Source: Phenylobacterium zucineum (lineage in GTDB: Bacteria > Pseudomonadota > Alphaproteobacteria > Caulobacterales > Caulobacteraceae). Taken from it: DNA of 56,706 bases. The first letter of the stretch is position 1. Every line of letters begins with the position of its first letter. This document shows, piece by piece, positions 50,919 through 56,706 of the stretch. The stretch lies in NCBI GenBank assembly GCA_002221445.1, contig NMUI01000056.1:1-56706 (forward strand), in the 5' to 3' direction. Under the pieces are notes generated by a model. That model searched no databases, was not told the origin of the DNA, and saw only the letters and a program-made list of their open reading frames with translations. The translations under genes were made by a program, and so were the position numbers.

Positions 50919-53070
50919 ATGTCTATGTCGTCAGTGCGGGCTTTGGTTGTGGCTGCGGGTTTGGTCCTAGGGGCCAACGGTGCGCAGGCCCGGGATGTGG
51001 TCATTACCCGGGATGACTGGGGCGTGGCTCACATCAAGGGCAAGACCGATGCGGACGCGGTCTATGGAATGATTTACGCTCAGGCCGAAGATGACTTCAA
51101 CCGGGTTGAAACCAACTATATCAACGCTTTAGGACGACTGGCTGAGGCTGAAGGCGAATCGGCGATCTATCAGGACCTGCGCCAGAAACTGTTCATCGAC
51201 CCCGTGGACCTCAAGGCGCGCTATGCCAAAAGTCCTCCATGGCTTAAGGCCTCATGACCGCGTGGGCGGACGGCCTCAATGCCTATCTGGCAGACCACCC
51301 AAAGGTGAAGCCTCGGGTCATCCGGCATTTCGAACCTTGGATGGCGTTGAGCTTCAGCGAAGGCAGTATCGGCGGCGACATAGAGCGGGTTTCGCTCGGC
51401 GATCTGGCCTCGTTTTATGGGGTCAAGACGGCCCAGATTGCGGCGCTTGATCCAGCGCCGGGTGCCTTTGTTGAGCCCAAGGGTTCGAACGGAATAGCGA
51501 TTGCGCCGTCCAACAGCGCCAACCATCACGCCCTGTTGCTGATCAATCCCCACACCAGCTTCTTCTTCCGCGCCGAGCAACAGGTGACCAGCGATGAGGG
51601 CCTAAATGCCTATGGGGCCGCCACCTGGGGACAGTTCTTTATCTATCAGGGTTTTAACGCCAAGGCGGGCTGGATGCACACCTCTAGCGGCGTCGATTCC
51701 GTGGATGAGTTTGCTGAGACCATCATCCGCAAGAACGGCAAGCTCTTCTACAAATACGGCGCTGAAGACCGGCCATTGACCACCCGGACCCTGACGGTGT
51801 CCTATAAGACCGCCTCAGGCAGCCTGGCGGAAAAAACCTTCACCACCTATCGCACCCACCATGGCCCCATTGTCAAAGCTATGGGCGACAAATGGATTGC
51901 TATGGCCCTCATGCACAAGCCCGTGGAGGCGCTCAGCCAATCCTTCCTCCGCACTAAGGCCAGCGACTTCAAGAGTTTCACCAAGGTAGCTGAGCTACAG
52001 GCCAATTCGTCAAACAACACCATTTTTGCCGATTCTGCGGGGGAGATCGCCTATCTCCATCCTCAGTTTATTCCCAAGCGGGATGATCGGTTCGATTACA
52101 CCAAGCCGGTGGATGGCTCCGATCCGGCGACGGACTGGAAGGGTCTGCACATAGCGGCAGAAGCCCCGCAGCTGCTGAACCCGGCCACAGGTTGGCTCTA
52201 CAATTCCAATGACTGGCCCTGGACAGCCGCTGGTCCAGCCAGCCCCAAACCAGGCGATTTTCCCCGGTATATGGATACAGCCGGGCCAAATCCGCGCGGG
52301 GCCCATGCCCCCTAGTCCTGGAGGGCAAGACAGATTTCACCCTGCCCTCTCTGATGTCTGCGGCTTATGATTCTTATATGCCCGCCTTTGCCCAGCTGAT
52401 CCCCAGCTTGGTGGCGGCCTATGATTCAACCCCCGGGACAGATCCGCTCAAGGTCAAGCTGGCTCAACAGGTGGCGGCGCTGCGCATCTGGGATCGGCGT
52501 TGGTCGGCCAGCTCGACGGAAACCTCGCTCGCCGTATTCTGGGGCGAAGCGCTCTGGGCCAGGACCGCGCCTGCGGCCAAGGCGAGCGGCGTGTCCGTGT
52601 TGGACTATATGGCAGGCCGCGCCACCCCGGCGGAGAAGCTGAGAGCTCTTGAGGAAGCCTCCGACCGTTTGAGCCAGGACTTCGGATCCTGGAAAACGCC
52701 CTGGGGCGAGATCAACCGATTCCAGCGGCTGAACGGCGACATTGTTCAACCCTTCAATGACGCGGCCCCCAGCATTCCCGTCCCCTTCGCCTCAGCCCAA
52801 TGGGGCTCCCTCGCCTCTTTCGGGGCCAAGCGGTATCCGGGAACCAAGCGTTATTACGGCACCAACGGGAATAGCTTCGTGGCTGTGGTAGAGTTCGGCG
52901 AGCGGGTCCAAGCCTATGCGGTGACCGCCGGCGGTGAGAGCGGAGACCCCAAGTCGCCGCACTTTAACGATCAAGCCCTGCGTTATAGCCAAGGTGCCCT
53001 GCGTGAAGTTTATTTCTATCCCGACCAGCTGAAGGCGCACACGATCAGGGTCTATAAACCCGGCCGGTAG
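50919..53070 (+). CDS. Penicillin acylase-family Ntn hydrolase (frameshifts near 51253 and 52312)
   Basis: Signal peptide, RDDWGVAHI, YAQAED, KG-SNGIAIAP (beta-subunit Ser), LLINPH, GWMHT, GGESGDP.SPHF.DQ. Confidence 0.87.
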
Positions 53071-53073
53071 GGC

Positions 53074-54714
53074 CTATTTCGCCCGATAAACCACCTTGCC
53101 CGCCACGATAGTCATGACGGCATGGGTCTTGAGAATGTCTGCAAAGGGGGCCGTCATCAGGTCCTCAGAGAAGACCGATATGTCGGCAGCCTTGCCAACC
53201 TTAAGGTCGCCCAGCTCATTCTCATGGAAGGCCGCATAGGCCGAGCCCTTGGTCAGCATGGCCAGGGCCTGGGGACGCGTCAGGGTTTCGTCCAGCCCCC
53301 AGTCAGGACCTGCAAAGCCCTTGAGATCGTGGCGATAGGTCGCGGCGTAAAATTCGATCAAGGGATCACCCTTTTCCACCGGCGCATCCGTTCCTGCCGC
53401 CATGTGCGCACCACTGGTCCACAGGTCGCGCCAGGCATAGCCTTCCTTCAGGCGATCTGGCCCCAGACGCGACGAGGCGAAATAAAGGTCACCGATGGCA
53501 TGGGATGGCTGCATGGAGGCAATGACCCCCAGCTTGGCAAAGCGCGGCAGGTCCTGGGGCGCGACGATCTGGGCATGTTCGATCCGCCAGCGCACCGCAG
53601 ATAAGCCAGCAGGATCGTCCGCAAATGCCTTTTCATAGGCGTCGAGCACAAGACGATTACCCCGGTCGCCAATGGCATGGATCGCCACTTGAGCATGGAC
53701 CTTTTTGGCCCGCGCAAGAGCTTCGGCGATAACCTCAGGCGGGGTTAGGACCAAACCGTCACCTGGGGCGTCGTTATAGGGGGCCAGAAGTGCGGCCCCC
53801 CGAGACCCAAGAGCGCCGTCCATATAGAGCTTAATCCCGTCCACTCGGACCAGGCCTTCACGGCTTGGGCCCCGGGTCAGGACCTCATCGGCCTCCTTCA
53901 GATCCATGAAATTATCGACCCGAATGGGCAGGGTTCCGGCCTTGGCCATCTCTCGAAGGATGACAACATCCTCGGCGGCCACACTGACGGCGTGCATACC
54001 GGTCCAGCCCCGCGAGGCGTAAAGCGCCGTGGCCAGCTTGGCTGCTTCCTTTTGCTGGGCGATTGAGGGTTTAGCGATCTTGCCGGTCACCAGAGACTTG
54101 GCATTGTCGATCAACATACCGGTGGGCTCACCGTCAGCGTCCTTGAGGATCTGACCACCGGATGGCGCGACCGTGTCCCGGCTCACCCCGGCGAGTTTCA
54201 GCATGGCGCTATTGGCGACCAGGGCGTGACCGTCCGCCCGGGTCAGCACCACAGGCCGGTCGCCGACCACCGCGTCGAGATCCTGGCGGGTCGGAAAGCG
54301 ATGCTCCGGCCAGTGGGTTTCAATCCAGCCCCGTCCCGACAAGGGATCGAGACCCGGATGGGCTTGATTCCACGCCTTAACCCGGGACTGCAACTCCACA
54401 ATCGAGGCCGAGCCCTCCAGATTGAGGGTCAGTTCTCGAAAGCCGATACCCATGAGATGAGCATGGGCATCCACCAGACCCGGATAGGCCGCCGCCCCCT
54501 TAAGGTCGATGTCCAGGGGTTTCTGCGCCAGGGTCTTGGCCTTCGCAAGACTGCCGACAAAGGCGACCTTACCGTTCCGGATCACCAGGGCGGCGACCGG
54601 CGGTTTGTCAGCCTCGACATATATGGGACCACCGTGGATCAGGGTATCGCGGGCTTGGGCGCCGACAGCGACGGCAGTCAGGGCCAGTAATGCCGGGGTC
54701 AGGAAAGGTCTCAT
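53074..54714 (-). CDS. Exported YtcJ-like amidohydrolase
   Basis: PGLVDAHAH, GIKLYMDGALGSRGAAL, IHAIGDRG, RIEHAQ, SMQPSH, GTDAPVE. Confidence 0.88.
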   Translation of the reverse strand: MRPFLTPALLALTAVAVGAQARDTLIHGGPIYVEADKPPVAALVIRNGKVAFVGSLAKAKTLAQKPLDIDLKGAAAYPGLVDAHAHLMGIGFRELTLNLEGSASIVELQSRVKAWNQAHPGLDPLSGRGWIETHWPEHRFPTRQDLDAVVGDRPVVLTRADGHALVANSAMLKLAGVSRDTVAPSGGQILKDADGEPTGMLIDNAKSLVTGKIAKPSIAQQKEAAKLATALYASRGWTGMHAVSVAAEDVVILREMAKAGTLPIRVDNFMDLKEADEVLTRGPSREGLVRVDGIKLYMDGALGSRGAALLAPYNDAPGDGLVLTPPEVIAEALARAKKVHAQVAIHAIGDRGNRLVLDAYEKAFADDPAGLSAVRWRIEHAQIVAPQDLPRFAKLGVIASMQPSHAIGDLYFASSRLGPDRLKEGYAWRDLWTSGAHMAAGTDAPVEKGDPLIEFYAATYRHDLKGFAGPDWGLDETLTRPQALAMLTKGSAYAAFHENELGDLKVGKAADISVFSEDLMTAPFADILKTHAVMTIVAGKVVYRAK

Positions 54715-54852
54715 ACTCACTCCGGAAAATCGCCCGTCAGGGTGGCTAAATTAACCGCAAGGGCAAGTACAATCCGCAAGCGACCCGCACCTGAAACCAA
54801 GTCGCCCGACAAACGAGCAAGTCGATAGGACAGGTGCCAACCGACTTAGGCC

Positions 54853-56304
54853 TTAACGCGGAAGTTTGCTTGACCCCATCAGGAAAGCATCCACCGCCTG
54901 AGCGCACTGTCGCCCCTCGCGAATGGCCCAGACCACAAGGGACTGGCCGCGCCGCATATCACCGCAGGCGAAAATGTTGGGTGCCGTCGTGCGATAGTGG
55001 GTCACCGGTGCCTTGACCGCGCCGCGTTGGTCGAATTCCACGCCGGCCTGCTCGGTGAAGGCATTATGGCGCGGGCTGACAAAGCCCATGGCCAGCAGAA
55101 CCAGATCCGCCTTCAAGGTAAAGGTGCTGCCGGGAATTTCCTGCATGGACATCCGACCATCGGACCCTTTGACCCAGGCTGTGCGTACGCATTCCAGGGC
55201 CTCAACCTTGCCATTGGAGCCGATAGCCCGACGGGTTGCGACGGCAAAATCACGTTCGCAACCTTCTTCGTGGCTGGAGGAGGTGCGCAATTTCATCGGC
55301 CAGTCCGGCCAGGTCATGAACTTGTTCTCGCGGGCCGGGGGCTCGGGCATGATCTCGAGCTGAGTGACGGATGCCGCGCCATGACGGTTGGAGGTTCCGA
55401 TACAGTCTGATCCTGTGTCGCCGCCGCCGATCACCACCACATGCTTACCGGTCGCCGAAATGGCACCCTGGGGCGCGGCGCGCAGCTCGTCGTCGCCCGC
55501 ATTGCGTTTGTTCTGCTGGGTGAGAAAATCCATCGCAAAATGGATGCCGGAAAGGTCGCGGCCTTCGATCTCCAGATCACGAGGATTTTCAGACCCGCCC
55601 GCCATAACCAAAACATCATAGTCATCCAGCAATCGCTGAACGGAAACCGTGACCCCGACCTCAAAATTCGTCCGGAAAATCACACCTTCAGATTCCAACT
55701 GAGCCACCCGGCGGTCAATCAGGTGCTTTTCCATCTTGAAATCCGGGATGCCGTAGCGAAGCAGACCGCCGATCCGATCATTCTTTTCAAAGACCGTCGG
55801 GGCATGACCCGCCCGGGCCAGTTGCTGGGCGCAAGCCAGACCGGCGGGCCCTGACCCTACCACAGCGATCCGCTTTCCGGTGCCCCGAGGGGCCATTTGC
55901 GGCGTGATCCAACCTTCTTCCCACCCCTTATCGACAATCTGACACTCGATCGTCTTTATGGTGACAGGGGTGTCCTGAATGTTCAAAGTACAGGACGCTT
56001 CGCATGGGGCCGGACAGACCCGGCCTGTAAATTCCGGGAAGTTATTGGTGGACTGGAGGTTTTCCAGGGCGGTCTTCCACTGCTCGCGATAGACGAGGTT
56101 GTTGAAGTCGGGGATCTGATTGTTTACCGGGCAGCCCTGGTGACAGAAGGGAATTCCGCAATCCATGCAGCGGGAGGCCTGAGCCACCAGATCGACAGCC
56201 GGAAGCGGATTTACGAACTCATTCCAGGTGCGCAGCCGGGCTTGCGGCGGCGCATAGGTGCGGTCCTGACGCTTGATTTCTAGGAAGCCTGTGGGTTTGC
56301 CCAT
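54853..56304 (-). CDS. gltD: Glutamate synthase small subunit
   Basis: [65 protein letters not shown]. Confidence 0.96.
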   Translation of the reverse strand: MGKPTGFLEIKRQDRTYAPPQARLRTWNEFVNPLPAVDLVAQASRCMDCGIPFCHQGCPVNNQIPDFNNLVYREQWKTALENLQSTNNFPEFTGRVCPAPCEASCTLNIQDTPVTIKTIECQIVDKGWEEGWITPQMAPRGTGKRIAVVGSGPAGLACAQQLARAGHAPTVFEKNDRIGGLLRYGIPDFKMEKHLIDRRVAQLESEGVIFRTNFEVGVTVSVQRLLDDYDVLVMAGGSENPRDLEIEGRDLSGIHFAMDFLTQQNKRNAGDDELRAAPQGAISATGKHVVVIGGGDTGSDCIGTSNRHGAASVTQLEIMPEPPARENKFMTWPDWPMKLRTSSSHEEGCERDFAVATRRAIGSNGKVEALECVRTAWVKGSDGRMSMQEIPGSTFTLKADLVLLAMGFVSPRHNAFTEQAGVEFDQRGAVKAPVTHYRTTAPNIFACGDMRRGQSLVVWAIREGRQCAQAVDAFLMGSSKLPR

Positions 56305-56315
56305 GGGAGGTCTCC

Positions 56316-56706
56316 TTATTCGGCGGCGACGGCAGCGGCCGCCTTGCGGACAGCCGCTTGGTCGATGAGGCGCGGCGATAGTCCTGGGGCATGACCTTCC
56401 AGAACCGACCAATGGCCGTATCCCAGTTATCGAGAATATCCCGAGCCCGCTTTGAGCCGGTGTGCAACAGATGACGTTCCACAAGAATCTTCAGCCGTTC
56501 GGCATCAAAGGCCAACATGTCGCCCATGCCTGCATTTTCTACCGAAACAGACTTTTGAACCGGCGCGCCCTCGGAAACGGCAGATGCCCCCGCCGGCGCG
56601 ATACGCTCCAGATCGACCATGGCCTTATTGCACAAGGCCGGGAAACGATCGGCTGGATCATAGACATAAGCCACACCACCGGACATGCCCGCGGCAAAGT
56701 TGCGGC
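56316..56706 (-). CDS. gltB: Glutamate synthase large subunit, C-terminal part (5' truncated by the window)
   Basis: [42 protein letters not shown]; a single-base repair gives a stop at 56316. Confidence 0.92.

Overview
A 56.7-kb window of an alphaproteobacterial chromosome, most likely Caulobacteraceae. The evidence is a clear ShpA orthologue beside the cobA-cysI-cysH-fpr cluster, a CIR-type intergenic palindrome and PseI. Most of it is ordinary: the right end of an IS3-family element, purU, nucleoside hydrolase-ribokinase, an amino acid:[carrier protein] ligase with its ACP, an Mla/MCE ABC operon, folD, an S1/P1 nuclease, sulfate assimilation genes, tRNA-Lys(CTT), pseudaminic acid genes, a detoxification/sulfatase cluster, an Ntn-hydrolase acylase and gltB/gltD. 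About 18 genes are broken by single-base shifts, mostly in homopolymers, which looks like long-read assembly error; they are reported as repaired CDSs. The standout is the block downstream of tRNA-Lys (24.3-32.2 kb). A Crp/Fnr regulator and a class III cyclase-AAA(STAND)-TPR protein converge on an inferred ~1,380-aa enzyme (N-terminal alpha/beta domain + DyP peroxidase + atypical cytochrome P450). A perfect CRP box (TGTGA-N6-TCACA) lies upstream of crp and a one-mismatch box lies upstream of the enzyme. This suggests a self-contained cyclic-nucleotide circuit controlling a peroxidase-P450 fusion. All family assignments come from motif recognition by eye; no database searches were run.
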